The translations under genes and the position numbers were made by a program. Source: Acidimicrobiia bacterium (GTDB lineage Bacteria; Actinomycetota; Acidimicrobiia; IMCC26256; PALSA-555). From it: 64,000 nt of DNA. The number at the start of each line of letters is the position of its first letter. The first letter of the stretch is position 1. Below the pieces are notes generated by a model. That model saw only the letters and a list, made by a program, of their open reading frames with translations, was not told the DNA's origin and made no database searches. Shown here piece by piece: positions 15,899-24,477 of this stretch. The stretch covers positions 7,286-71,285 of the forward strand of contig SHVJ01000001.1 of the NCBI GenBank assembly GCA_009694295.1. The letters run 5' to 3'.

Positions 15899-16282
15899 CT
15901 ACCGCCCGAGGCATCGCAAGAGGCTGTTGGCGCCGTCGACGGTTGCTCCGAGGGCACGGACCTGTTCTGCCAGTGCACGGTCCGAGGTGATGACGGTCAC
16001 GTCGGCGGGCGCATCGAGATCGCGCACGAGCTCGACGATGCGGTCGTCGGCAGCGTTGCGCCCCGACCGACGCGCGTAGACCACCTCCACGCCATCGTGC
16101 GGACCCTCCGGAACATCAGGAAGCGGGCGACCGTCGAGCACGAGCGTCACCGCGTCGTGATCGGCGCGCGCTAGGCCTTGGAGGTCGCCCAACAGGCGGC
16201 GCACCGCACCATCACGATCGCGCCACCAACCGTCGGGCCGCGACCCGATCACATTCATCCCGTCGACCACGAGGCGCGCCAT
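15899..16282 (-). CDS. NYN-domain (YacP-like) predicted RNA-binding / RNase protein
   Basis: MARLVVDGMNVIGSRPDGWW ... ADDRIVELV ... VITSDRALAE. Confidence 0.7.
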   Translation of the reverse strand: MARLVVDGMNVIGSRPDGWWRDRDGAVRRLLGDLQGLARADHDAVTLVLDGRPLPDVPEGPHDGVEVVYARRSGRNAADDRIVELVRDLDAPADVTVITSDRALAEQVRALGATVDGANSLLRCLGR

Positions 16283-16325
16283 TCGCGCAAGATCCTCGCA
16301 TCGCCAGGGCCAGATCGCCCATTGG

Positions 16326-16331
16326 TAGGTT
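16326..16331 (+). promoter_or_regulatory. -10-like TANNNT box (TAGGTT), 9 nt before ATG 16341
   Basis: TAGGTT-GCGACACCG-ATG. Confidence 0.35.
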
Positions 16332-16340
16332 GCGACACCG

Positions 16341-17075
16341 ATGGTGATCCCGATCCACGACCTCAACCCGACGCGCCGACGCGCGTGGGTCACGCTGCTG
16401 ATCATCGCCATCAACGTCGTCGTGTACGTGGCGGTGCAACCGCACGGTGACGCAAACGATCAATACCGATTCAATGTGAGACACGCGGCGATCCCGTGCG
16501 AGATCAAAGAGCGGGAACCGGCGCAGATCCTGGAACTGAACGAACAAAACTGCGACTTGGAGTCGGAGTTCTCCCCGCAGTTCGCTCCCGACAAGAACAT
16601 CTGGCTTTCGATCCTGTTCTCGATGTTCCTGCACGGCTCGTTGATCCACATCGCCGGGAACATGCTGTTCCTCTGGATCTTCGGGAACAACGTCGAGGAC
16701 TACCTCAGCAAGATCGGATTCGTCCTCTTCTATCTGCTCGCGGGCGCCGCGGCGACGTTCTCGCACGTGCTGTACAACCCGTCGTCGCTGACCCCGGTGA
16801 TCGGCGCGTCGGGCGCGATCGCCGGCGTGATGGGCATGTACCTCGTGCTGTGGCCGCGGGCGAAGGTCGTCGTGCTCGTACCGTTCCTGGCGTTCATCCC
16901 ACTGCCGATCCCGGCGGCCGTCGTCCTCGTGATGTGGTTCGGGCTGCAGTTCCTCACTGGCGACGACTCAGGTGTGGCATGGGTCGCGCACGTGGGCGGC
17001 TTCGCCACCGGGGTGCTCATCGGTCTCGCAATGAAGAAGTTCAAGACGCCGTTCGCGGTGGAGGAAGTGGACTGA
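16341..17075 (+). CDS. Rhomboid-family intramembrane serine protease
   Basis: HGSLIHIAGNMLFLWIFG, GASGAIAG (catalytic Ser) and AHVGGFATG (catalytic His). Confidence 0.9.
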   Translation: MVIPIHDLNPTRRRAWVTLLIIAINVVVYVAVQPHGDANDQYRFNVRHAAIPCEIKEREPAQILELNEQNCDLESEFSPQFAPDKNIWLSILFSMFLHGSLIHIAGNMLFLWIFGNNVEDYLSKIGFVLFYLLAGAAATFSHVLYNPSSLTPVIGASGAIAGVMGMYLVLWPRAKVVVLVPFLAFIPLPIPAAVVLVMWFGLQFLTGDDSGVAWVAHVGGFATGVLIGLAMKKFKTPFAVEEVD

Positions 17076-17096
17076 CGGGCCGACCCACTCGCCTCG

Positions 17097-17903
17097 CTAT
17101 TCGTCGGTGTAGACGGGCGTGCGCCCTTCCTTCCACGCCGCGATCTTCTCTTCGAAGTTGTGCGTGGTGAGTCGCACGTAGAGCTGGGCGTGACCCTCGT
17201 GGTTCATCTGCGAGGTGAGGCTGCTGGCATCGAGGCTCGCCCACAGCAGCTGCTTGGTGATCTCCACGCCGACGTGACTGAACCCGATGAGTCCTTCGGC
17301 AATCTCGTAGCAACGGTCGAGCAGCTCGTCGCCCGGCACCACCTTGGACACGAGGCCAATCCGCTCGGCCTCCGCCGCATCGACGTCGCGGCCCGTGAGG
17401 AGGATGTCGAAGGCGCGTGCGAACCCGATCTGACGCGGAAGGAGGTAGCTGATGCCGAGCTCGGCCGACGTAAGTCCGTTGTTGATCCCCGCGGCGCGGA
17501 AGTAGGCGGTGTCGGAGGCGAGGCGCAGGTCGCACGCCGACGCAAGGCAGAAGCCGCCGCCAATCGCCGCGCCGTTCACCGCCGCGATCACCGGCTGGTG
17601 CATGTCGCGGACGGCGAGGATCACGTCGTCGAGCACCCTGAGTGCACGTCGGGCGATGCTCGTTCGCTTCAGCCCGTCGATGTTCGGCACCATGCCAGTG
17701 CCCACGAGATCAGCGCCGGAGCAGAACCCGTGGCCGGCCCCCGTGAGCACGACGACGCGGCATTCGTTATCGAGGCTGATCTCCCGCAGCGCGTCGCGCA
17801 ACGGCACCATCACGTCGAAGGCCATCGCGTTCATGCGCTCCGGGCGGTTGAGTGTGACGAGTGTGACTCCGGCTCGCGGTCGTTCGATCTGCAAGTACGA
17901 CAT
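17097..17903 (-). CDS. Enoyl-CoA hydratase/isomerase (crotonase) family
   Basis: VTLVTLNRPERMNAM, GAGHGFCSGADL, AAVNGAAIGGG. Confidence 0.9.
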   Translation of the reverse strand: MSYLQIERPRAGVTLVTLNRPERMNAMAFDVMVPLRDALREISLDNECRVVVLTGAGHGFCSGADLVGTGMVPNIDGLKRTSIARRALRVLDDVILAVRDMHQPVIAAVNGAAIGGGFCLASACDLRLASDTAYFRAAGINNGLTSAELGISYLLPRQIGFARAFDILLTGRDVDAAEAERIGLVSKVVPGDELLDRCYEIAEGLIGFSHVGVEITKQLLWASLDASSLTSQMNHEGHAQLYVRLTTHNFEEKIAAWKEGRTPVYTDE

Positions 17904-17910
17904 GGACGGG

Positions 17911-17916
17911 AGCATA
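17911..17916 (-). promoter_or_regulatory. -10-like TANNNT box (TATGCT on minus strand), 7 nt before ATG 17903
   Basis: Minus strand reads TATGCT-CCCGTCC-ATG. Confidence 0.45.
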
Positions 17917-17997
17917 TGTGGACCCGCCTCGGTAACCTCCTGCCCGCTCTCGGGCCACGGTTACCTGTCGCGCGGTCGACGTCCTACCGCGGCTCGG

Positions 17998-18003
17998 TAA
18001 ACT
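17998..18003 (+). promoter_or_regulatory. -10-like TANNNT box (TAAACT), 9 nt before ATG 18013
   Basis: TAAACT-CGGGGACAC-ATG. Confidence 0.35.
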
Positions 18004-18012
18004 CGGGGACAC

Positions 18013-18471
18013 ATGGAGAAGGTTGGCTTCGTCGGCGACGACATCGCGGAGGTCGTCGAGGCCTACGAGCAGCAGGTGCTGGGCAAGAAGAAGATCGAGG
18101 GACTCGAGCTCAGCCCGGCACAGGTCGACGCCGGGATCGGCGCGAGCATCCGACGCATGCAGGCGATGAATCGCATGGACATCCCGATGATGTGGCGCGC
18201 GGTGGTGCGCTCGGGGAGCAAGAAGTTCGGACCCGTCGTCTCGCTCATCCCGCCGCGCGGCAAGCCGGCGAGCGACGCGAGCGACATCCTCAGCGCAGCG
18301 CGTCTGTTCGCTCCGCAGATGGCCGCGGGACCCGAGAGCTTCGACTGCGCATTCGCACCCGATACGCCGTCGCGAAGCATCGTGGAGTTCGCCGTCGCCG
18401 CTGTTCGCGCAATCGGGTACACCGGCGACCTCCAGTGGACCGTCCGCGGCCGAGGCTTGTTACCCCAATAA
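18013..18471 (+). CDS. Hypothetical protein (152 aa)
   Basis: The ORF has non-repetitive, protein-like composition (MEKVGFVGDDIAEVVEAYEQQVLGKKKIEGLE...). No family recognised. It sits between two crotonase genes on the other strand. Confidence 0.55.
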   Translation: MEKVGFVGDDIAEVVEAYEQQVLGKKKIEGLELSPAQVDAGIGASIRRMQAMNRMDIPMMWRAVVRSGSKKFGPVVSLIPPRGKPASDASDILSAARLFAPQMAAGPESFDCAFAPDTPSRSIVEFAVAAVRAIGYTGDLQWTVRGRGLLPQ

Positions 18472-18484
18472 TTCCCGAGAGTGG

Positions 18485-19303
18485 TTACTGGTTTTTGAAA
18501 TCGGGTGGGCGCTTTTCGAGGAACGCCATGATGGCTTCGGTGGAGTCGCCGGTCATGCCGGCGAGCACCTGCGTGCGGTTCTCGAGATCGGCGGCGGCCT
18601 GACGGCCGGGAATCTCGAGCGCGGTCCACATCACTTCCTTGGTCTGGAAGATCGCCCACGGCGAGTTGGCGATGATCTCTTCGGCCTTCGACATCGCGGC
18701 TTCGAGCAGCTGTTCATCGGGGACGATCTGTGTGACCAACCCGATGCGCTCGGCTTCCGTGGCATCGATGATGCGCCCGGTGAGCATGAGCTCGTGCGCG
18801 CGTCCCGCACCAACGATGCGCGGCAGAAGCCAGCTCGTGCCGATATCGCACGCGGAGATCCCGATGCGGATGAACGCGACGTTGAAGCGCGCTGCCGTGC
18901 CCGCGATGCGGATATCGCATGCGAGGACGAGCGCGAGACCCCCGCCCGCGGCGGCGCCGTTCACCGCGGCGATCACCGGGATCTTCAGCCGTTGGAGCCT
19001 GGGTACGACGCCGGTGATCTTCTGCTGGATGCCCATGAACTGCTGGGCCCGACCCATGCCCTCGGTGCCGGGGACATCACCGCCAAACCCACCGAGATCG
19101 GCACCCGCACAGAAGCCGCGCCCGGCGCCGGTGAGGATCGCCACGCGCAACGTGGGGCGCGCGTCGATCTCGTCGCACGCGGCATAGATCCCGTCGATGA
19201 GCGCCTGGTTCATCGCGTTCAACTTGCTGGGACGGTTCAACGTGATGAGCGCCACGTCGTCGCGCGGGTACGAAACGACAACCGCTGGTTCTTCGTCGGG
19301 CAT
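18485..19303 (-). CDS. Enoyl-CoA hydratase/isomerase (crotonase) family
   Basis: VALITLNRPSKLNAM, GAGRGFCAGADL, AAVNGAAAGGG. AAGGAG before ATG 19303. Confidence 0.9.
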   Translation of the reverse strand: MPDEEPAVVVSYPRDDVALITLNRPSKLNAMNQALIDGIYAACDEIDARPTLRVAILTGAGRGFCAGADLGGFGGDVPGTEGMGRAQQFMGIQQKITGVVPRLQRLKIPVIAAVNGAAAGGGLALVLACDIRIAGTAARFNVAFIRIGISACDIGTSWLLPRIVGAGRAHELMLTGRIIDATEAERIGLVTQIVPDEQLLEAAMSKAEEIIANSPWAIFQTKEVMWTALEIPGRQAAADLENRTQVLAGMTGDSTEAIMAFLEKRPPDFKNQ

Positions 19304-19332
19304 GGCGTTCTCCTTGCTACCGATTGGCCAGG

Positions 19333-20157
19333 TCAAAAACTGGTCCAGCCGCCATCGACTGGAATGTTGACGCCGGTGATGTACGACGACTCATCGGACG
19401 CCAAGAACAGCGCGCACTGCGCAACCTCTTCGGGTTGCGCGCGCCGCTTGATGAGCAGCTTCGCCGTCACGTTGGCCAGGAACTCGGGCGTGTCGTAGCC
19501 CCATTCGGCGAGCCCCGGCGTCCACACCGATCCGGGTGAGATCGCGTTCACGCGGATGCCGACTGGCGCGTACTCGTCGGCGAGGCTGCGAGTGAGGCCG
19601 ATGACGCCGGCCTTGCCCGCGGCGTGCGCCATGCCGCCACCCATGTTCGGCAGGTATGTCGAGATCATCCCCGAGACGGACGCCGTGTTGATGACCGACG
19701 ACCACGCATCGCTGTCCGGATCCCTCTTGAGATGTGGGAACGCGTGCCGGCATCCCAGGTACACGCCGTTGAGCTCGAAGCCGATCGCATTGCGCCAACG
19801 TTCGAGGTCCATGTCCTCGACCATTGCGAAGTCGCCGCGCGCCGCGTTGTTGTAGAGCACATCGAGGCGTTCGAACCGTTCGATGGCTGTACCGATCCAC
19901 TCTTCGACGCCGGCTTCTTCAAAGACGTCGGCCTTGACCGCGACGACCTCGCCACCGGATTCAGCGGCGGTCGCGGCATGGTTCGCCTCGTCAGCCGCTT
20001 CCTTGGCGTTCCGCCCGTGCACGTCGCAGCCAACGACCTTCGCCCCGTGGGTCGCGAAGAGGATCGCCGCGGCGCGTCCCTGCCCGCTGCCGATGCCGCT
20101 GATCGCAGCGACCTTCCCCGCGAGGCGGGGGCCGAACGGCGTTGCGGCCGTCACCAC
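19333..20157 (-). CDS. SDR-family oxidoreductase
   Basis: GKVAAISGIGSGQGRA with a YxxxK region. GTG 20157 overlaps the TAG of the upstream LLM gene by 1 nt. Confidence 0.8.
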   Translation of the reverse strand: MVTAATPFGPRLAGKVAAISGIGSGQGRAAAILFATHGAKVVGCDVHGRNAKEAADEANHAATAAESGGEVVAVKADVFEEAGVEEWIGTAIERFERLDVLYNNAARGDFAMVEDMDLERWRNAIGFELNGVYLGCRHAFPHLKRDPDSDAWSSVINTASVSGMISTYLPNMGGGMAHAAGKAGVIGLTRSLADEYAPVGIRVNAISPGSVWTPGLAEWGYDTPEFLANVTAKLLIKRRAQPEEVAQCALFLASDESSYITGVNIPVDGGWTSF

Positions 20158-21095
20158 TACCGCACCTGCGACAGCACCTCGCCGGCGATGAGCTCGAGCG
20201 TGGCCGGCGCGGCGCGGTCGTGCAGGAAGAAGATGAACTCGGTAATCCCTTCGGCAACGTGCTCGCCGATGCGGTCGACGATCGCGTTGGGCGTCCCGAC
20301 GTAGCCGCCTTCGTGCAGCCCCCAACCTTGTCCGCCGAATCGTCGCTCTCCCTTGGCTTGGGCCTCGGCGAGCGCGGCGTCGTCGGGCGCGATCACCATG
20401 ACGGCCTCGATCGACCGCCGGATCGTCGCCGGGTCGCGTCCGATGCGCGCGCACTCCGCTTCCAGTACCGCGAGCTTGGGCGTGATCTCACCCAACGCGT
20501 ACGTCGGAACGTTCCACACGTCGGCGTACTTCGCGACCAGGGGCAGCGTGCGCTTCTCACCTACGCCACCTACGTAGATCGGCGGGCGCGGCTGTTGCAC
20601 GGGCAACGGGAGGTTGGGGTAGTCGTGGAGCTGGAAGTGCTTGCCGTCGAACGTCGTCTGCTCATTGGCGAACATGCTCGTGAGGATCTCGAGCGTCTCA
20701 CCCAAGATCTCAGAGCGCTCCGCAAACGTGCCCCAAGGGATTCCGGCGAGGTGGTGTTCGGGTTCGTACGAACCGCTGCCGATTCCCACGTTCACGCGGC
20801 CGTTCGAGATGGCGTCGAGCGTGGTCACCATCTTCCCCAGCACGGCCGGGTGGCGGAACGTCGCGCAGAGCACCATGTGGCCGACGCGAATGCGCGTCGT
20901 CTGCGCGAGCAGGGCGGTCGCGAGCGTCCACCCTTCGAATGCCGCAGTACCTGGCAGCTCCGGGCCGTAGAGGTGGTCGAAGCACCAGAACGAGTCGAAG
21001 CCGAGCTGCTCGCACAGCTGTGCGCGTTCGAGGATGTCGGAGTACTCGAACGCGAGCTGCGGAACGTAGATACCGAAACGAAGGTCGTTGCTCAC
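20157..21095 (-). CDS. Luciferase-like monooxygenase (LLM) class flavin/F420-dependent oxidoreductase
   Basis: MSNDLRFGIYVPQ ... LGFDSFWCFDHL ... RVNVGIGSG. GTG start at 21095. Confidence 0.85.
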   Translation of the reverse strand: MSNDLRFGIYVPQLAFEYSDILERAQLCEQLGFDSFWCFDHLYGPELPGTAAFEGWTLATALLAQTTRIRVGHMVLCATFRHPAVLGKMVTTLDAISNGRVNVGIGSGSYEPEHHLAGIPWGTFAERSEILGETLEILTSMFANEQTTFDGKHFQLHDYPNLPLPVQQPRPPIYVGGVGEKRTLPLVAKYADVWNVPTYALGEITPKLAVLEAECARIGRDPATIRRSIEAVMVIAPDDAALAEAQAKGERRFGGQGWGLHEGGYVGTPNAIVDRIGEHVAEGITEFIFFLHDRAAPATLELIAGEVLSQVR

Positions 21096-21101
21096 GGCGC
21101 C

Positions 21102-21107
21102 ACACTA
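21102..21107 (-). promoter_or_regulatory. -10-like TANNNT box (TAGTGT on minus strand), 6 nt before GTG 21095
   Basis: Minus strand reads TAGTGT-GGCGCC-GTG. Confidence 0.45.
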
Positions 21108-21118
21108 CGGGCCCTGCC

Positions 21119-21124
21119 TACGAT
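21119..21124 (+). promoter_or_regulatory. -10-like TANNNT box (TACGAT), 7 nt before GTG 21132 (alternative DLH start)
   Basis: TACGAT-GCCGCCT-GTG. It overlaps ATG 21123. Confidence 0.35.
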
Positions 21125-21743
21125 GCCGCCTGTGGCCGTCCCCTACTTCCTCGCCCGCCCGTCAGCAGAGCCGCCGTGGCCTGGAGTCGTCGTGTGCCTC
21201 GAGGGCTACGGCATGGATCAATGGTTGCTGCGCGTGTGCGAGCGGCTCGCCGCCGAGGGGTACGCGGCGATCGCGCCCGACATGTTCGCCCGCTTCGGTG
21301 GCAGCAACCGCGACGTCGGACCGAAGCACTTCATGGCGTTGAAGCCCGAGGATGCGCTCGCCGACATCACTGAATGCGTCGGTGAGCTCAAGCGCATCGG
21401 TGCCGCGAAGGTCGGCGTGACCGGCTTCTGCCTCGGTGGCCGGAACACATATCTCGCCGCAACGCAGGGTGCACCCGTCGACGCGGCCGCCGGGTTCTAC
21501 GGCGCGCAGATCTCGAAGGTGCTTGCCGAGCCAAGTTGTCCGTTGCTGCTGCTCTTCGGCGGCACCGACGAGTACATCCCGCCCGACGAGATCGCCGCCG
21601 TCGAAGCGCACCACGAAGGCAAGGTGATCGTGTATTCCGAAGCTGGCCACGGCTTCATGCACGAAGGCAACGAGCCCGACACCGCCGCGGCAAACGACGC
21701 CTGGCCCAAGCTGCTCGCCTTCTTCAGCGAACACCTGCGCTAG
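21123..21743 (+). CDS. Dienelactone hydrolase family protein
   Basis: This is the C-terminal third of ORF 20142..21743: PGVVVCLEGYGM ..., GVTGFCLGG nucleophile elbow, AGHGFMHE. Start is ATG 21123 or GTG 21132. The 5' part of the ORF is antisense to the LLM gene. Confidence 0.8.
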   Translation: MPPVAVPYFLARPSAEPPWPGVVVCLEGYGMDQWLLRVCERLAAEGYAAIAPDMFARFGGSNRDVGPKHFMALKPEDALADITECVGELKRIGAAKVGVTGFCLGGRNTYLAATQGAPVDAAAGFYGAQISKVLAEPSCPLLLLFGGTDEYIPPDEIAAVEAHHEGKVIVYSEAGHGFMHEGNEPDTAAANDAWPKLLAFFSEHLR

Positions 21744-22414
21744 AGCTCGACGCCCTCCGGCGGATGGGCTTCGCCGACGCGGCGGAAGGTGTTCACGTAT
21801 TCGATGACGAGTGCGGGGTGCTCGGCCCATTCGGTGAACTCCGGCGTGTCGGCACCGCCGAGGCGGTCCATCACCGGCTGGAGCATCCCTTCGTACGCGC
21901 GCTGCGGCGCGTCGGTGTCCATCTCGTAGAAGTGCATGAAGCGCGGACCGTTGCCGTCCCAGTCGGCGTCGACGCGCTCGTACGGCGTGATCATCGTGTA
22001 GCCCGGAACCGCCGCGGCGGCGATGTGGCGGATGTGGGTGTAGTCAGCCCAGTCGCGCAACGACTGCGCCTCGGCGGGTGTCGCGGCGCTGATGAGCACG
22101 AGCAACAACCCGAGTGTGGGTTTGCCCGTGATCACGCCTTGACCGGGCCGCGGGTAGCGATGGAAGTGCAGGCCCATCACGGTGGGGTCGGGTGCCGGCG
22201 GCGCAACGCCCGCACCTGCGAGCTCGCACACACCGAGCAGGCCCACCTCGGGCATGCGACTGCGCGGATGCCCGGGCACGTGGTCGTTCACCCACCACGT
22301 GACTCGCTCGACCCCCGGCTCCCGCAAGAGCACGGGCACGCGATCGGCTTCGTATTCGTCAGGCGCGGCGTTCGAGAGCTCGATGTAGAGCTCGGGCGTA
22401 ATCCGATCCTCCAA
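21740..22414 (-). CDS. Hypothetical protein (about 224 aa)
   Basis: Protein-like sequence starts at LEDRITPELYIELSN. The TTG 22414 is preceded by GGAGCGGGAAG. No family recognised. The upstream part of the 275-aa ORF is Arg/Pro/Ser junk. Confidence 0.5.
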   Translation of the reverse strand: MEDRITPELYIELSNAAPDEYEADRVPVLLREPGVERVTWWVNDHVPGHPRSRMPEVGLLGVCELAGAGVAPPAPDPTVMGLHFHRYPRPGQGVITGKPTLGLLLVLISAATPAEAQSLRDWADYTHIRHIAAAAVPGYTMITPYERVDADWDGNGPRFMHFYEMDTDAPQRAYEGMLQPVMDRLGGADTPEFTEWAEHPALVIEYVNTFRRVGEAHPPEGVEL

Positions 22415-22502
22415 CTTCCCGCTCCTGGTGCTTCGCACCGGGCCGCTCGGGCCACGGCTCGCTACGGCGCAGGGTACCTGCGCCGCGGGTGCTCGCCTCT
22501 GA

Positions 22503-23312
22503 CTACTTGCCCTGCCAGTTGGGTGACCGCTTCTCGACGAAGGCCAGCGGGCCTTCCTTGGCGTCATCGGTCGCGAACACCTTCTTGGAGATCTCCGACT
22601 CGATCGCGTACGCGTCGTCGAGGCTCCCGGCCGCGAAGCAGCGCAACGCGCTCTCCTTCGTGCCCTGGATCGCGAGCGGCGCGTTCACTGTGATGCGGCG
22701 TGCCCAATCACGGGCGCGCTCGACGAGTTCCTCGCGCGGCACGATCTCGTTGATCAGCCCGAGCTCGAGCGCGCGCTGTGCGGGGAGACCCTCGGCCGTA
22801 AGCAGGAACTCCATCGCCGCGGGCCATCCGAGCTGACGGGGCAGGCGCGCCGTCGTGCCGCCACCGGCAAACAACCCCCGCCGCGGCTCCATCACACCGA
22901 AGACGGCTTCGGGGCACGCGATGCGGATGTCGATGCCACCGAGCATCTCCATCCCGCCGGCCACACACGGACCGTTCACCGCCGCGATGATCGGCTTGTA
23001 CACCTGGAAGGAGCGGAACACTGCGTCGGTGCCCGCAGTGAGGGGCCGTCCGTCCATCTCGGTCTCGCCGCGCGCGACTCGTTCGCCGATCTCGGCGAAC
23101 ATCGGCACGAGGTCGCGCAGGTCGGCACCCGCGCAGTAGGAGTCGCCAACGCCGGTGAGAATCGCCACCCACGCGTCGTCGTCTTCCTTGAATCGGCGCC
23201 ACGCGAGCGCGAGATCGCCGAAGTGCTCGAAGTCGAGCGCGTTCTTGCGGTGCGGGCGGTCGATGGTGACCAGCACCACATGCGGGTCGACAGTCTCGTA
23301 ATGGATGGGCAT
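22503..23312 (-). CDS. Enoyl-CoA hydratase/isomerase (crotonase) family
   Basis: VVLVTIDRPHRKNAL, GVGDSYCAGADL, AAVNGPCVAGG. Confidence 0.9.
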   Translation of the reverse strand: MPIHYETVDPHVVLVTIDRPHRKNALDFEHFGDLALAWRRFKEDDDAWVAILTGVGDSYCAGADLRDLVPMFAEIGERVARGETEMDGRPLTAGTDAVFRSFQVYKPIIAAVNGPCVAGGMEMLGGIDIRIACPEAVFGVMEPRRGLFAGGGTTARLPRQLGWPAAMEFLLTAEGLPAQRALELGLINEIVPREELVERARDWARRITVNAPLAIQGTKESALRCFAAGSLDDAYAIESEISKKVFATDDAKEGPLAFVEKRSPNWQGK

Positions 23313-23321
23313 CCCGGGCGC

Positions 23322-23327
23322 AGCCTA
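23322..23327 (-). promoter_or_regulatory. -10-like TANNNT box (TAGGCT on minus strand), 9 nt before ATG 23312
   Basis: Minus strand reads TAGGCT-GCGCCCGGG-ATG. Confidence 0.35.
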
Positions 23328-23356
23328 CGCGCGCCACGCCCGGGTACACCGCCCGC

Positions 23357-23899
23357 CTAGATCTTCTTGCCCTTCTTCGCCTTGGCCAACAACTCGGCGG
23401 CCTGGTCCAGCAACTCTGGCGAGCACGGGGTTCCACCTTGCTCACCCAGGTAGCAGTAACCGTCGAGGCTCATCACCCAGCTGCCGCCGCTGAAGACGAC
23501 GTACTGGTCCTCGTGCGTGATGAGCGGAGGGCCATCCAGCGCTTCAGGGTCGAGGTAGATCCCGACGTCCACCTGCGCGAGCTTGCGGTTGACGAACGTG
23601 ATGCTGAGCGTCTTGCCGGTTGCAACCCCACCCGACCGCTCCAACGCGGCCTCCAGGTTCGCGATCACCTCGGGGTTCTCGTTGTCCTCGATGACCTCGA
23701 TCCGGGTCTCGAACGGAGCCCCCGGCTGGATGTAGGTCTCGTAGACCATGGTGATCTCGGCCTTCGCCGCCGCCTTGTCGAACTTCTTCTTCTTGGCAAT
23801 CGCGGTCCCGGTGAATACGAATGACGCCATACCGAGAACCAATAGCGCTGCGGTCACCCGCAACGTCCGTCGTGATGTCATTACCCCTCCCTCGCTCAT
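23357..23899 (-). CDS. Secreted / membrane-anchored hypothetical protein with Lys-rich ends
   Basis: Signal/anchor RRTLRVTAALLVLGMASFVFTGTAIA, then KKKKFDK ..., two Cys near the C-terminus, C-terminal KAKKGKKI. ATG 23899 overlaps the upstream stop as ATGA. ATG 23881 is an alternative start. Confidence 0.65.
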   Translation of the reverse strand: MSEGGVMTSRRTLRVTAALLVLGMASFVFTGTAIAKKKKFDKAAAKAEITMVYETYIQPGAPFETRIEVIEDNENPEVIANLEAALERSGGVATGKTLSITFVNRKLAQVDVGIYLDPEALDGPPLITHEDQYVVFSGGSWVMSLDGYCYLGEQGGTPCSPELLDQAAELLAKAKKGKKI

Positions 23900-24477
23900 G
23901 CGAACGTGATCTTGAACGTGACTCGCTCTGCATCGCCCGCGGTCAGCTCCGTGATCGAAAGCAAGCAGTCGTGCGTCGCGTCACACACTCGGTTCGTGGC
24001 GCCGAACGGCCCCGCGTTGACCGCTCGATCGGCGACAACCTTTCCCTTCTTGTTGGCTTTCACCGCTGTGGTCTTGACGGTGTCGCAGTCGACGCCGGCC
24101 AGCTCTCCCTCGTCGAGCCCGTTGTCGGGATCGTCGGGGTCGACGCACTGGACGATGCCAAGCGCGATCTTCTTCGTGAATCCCTTCGCAACAATGTGCA
24201 CGACGTCACCGTTCACCAGTCCGGTTGCCGGCGACGCTTTGCCCTTGCACTTCGGATTCAGCTCACCGCACTCGGCTTCCCCGGGCGCGTAGACCTTGTC
24301 TTCGGCCGGCTCCTTGCCCGTGCCGCCACCTCCGCCGGCCGCGGCGCCGCCAATCGATGTCGCCGTCACGAGGCCGAGCATGAGCAGCGCGACGAACAGG
24401 TACGCCGAGCGCCTCCCCCGGTGTGTGGTCCCCCGGTGTGTGGTCCCCCGGTGTGTGGTCATGCGTTGAGTGGTCAT
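23896..24477 (-). CDS. Secreted neocarzinostatin-family (Ig-like apoprotein fold) protein with TTHRG x3 N-terminal repeat
   Basis: The C-terminal ~115 aa align by eye to neocarzinostatin-type apoproteins: SPATGLVNGDVVHIVAKGF ... GIVQC ... DC ... VCDATHDCLLS ... VTFKITFA, with 4 Cys. TM/signal segment AYLFVALLMLGLVTA. ATG 24477 is preceded by GGGGGAAG and overlaps the oppF-like stop as ATGA. Confidence 0.7.
   Translation of the reverse strand: MTTQRMTTHRGTTHRGTTHRGRRSAYLFVALLMLGLVTATSIGGAAAGGGGGTGKEPAEDKVYAPGEAECGELNPKCKGKASPATGLVNGDVVHIVAKGFTKKIALGIVQCVDPDDPDNGLDEGELAGVDCDTVKTTAVKANKKGKVVADRAVNAGPFGATNRVCDATHDCLLSITELTAGDAERVTFKITFA
24415..24459. repeat. Perfect 15-bp x3 tandem repeat (CCCCCGGTGTGTGGT on plus strand) encoding TTHRG x3
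   Basis: Units at 24415-24429, 24430-24444 and 24445-24459. They are in-frame in the signal-peptide n-region of the 23896..24477 gene. Confidence 0.95.

Noticed and set aside
17929-17970. GGTAACC ... GGTTACC inverted 7-mers and the CTCGGTAA repeats in the crotonase / hypothetical-gene divergent region, considered as an operator.
   Set aside because: The arms are short with about 22-bp spacing and no second occurrence elsewhere in the window. This is not distinguishable from chance.
20142-21122. The 5' two-thirds of the 533-aa ORF 20142..21743. Similar over-long 5' extensions occur in ORFs 8462, 12475..13488, 13257..14555, 15001..15978, 31212, 34404, 35696..36838, 58326 and 59864.
   Set aside because: The extensions overlap neighbouring genes or are Arg/Pro-rich junk. 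Recognisable domains begin at internal starts that have overlap coupling, a Shine-Dalgarno run or a TANNNT box.
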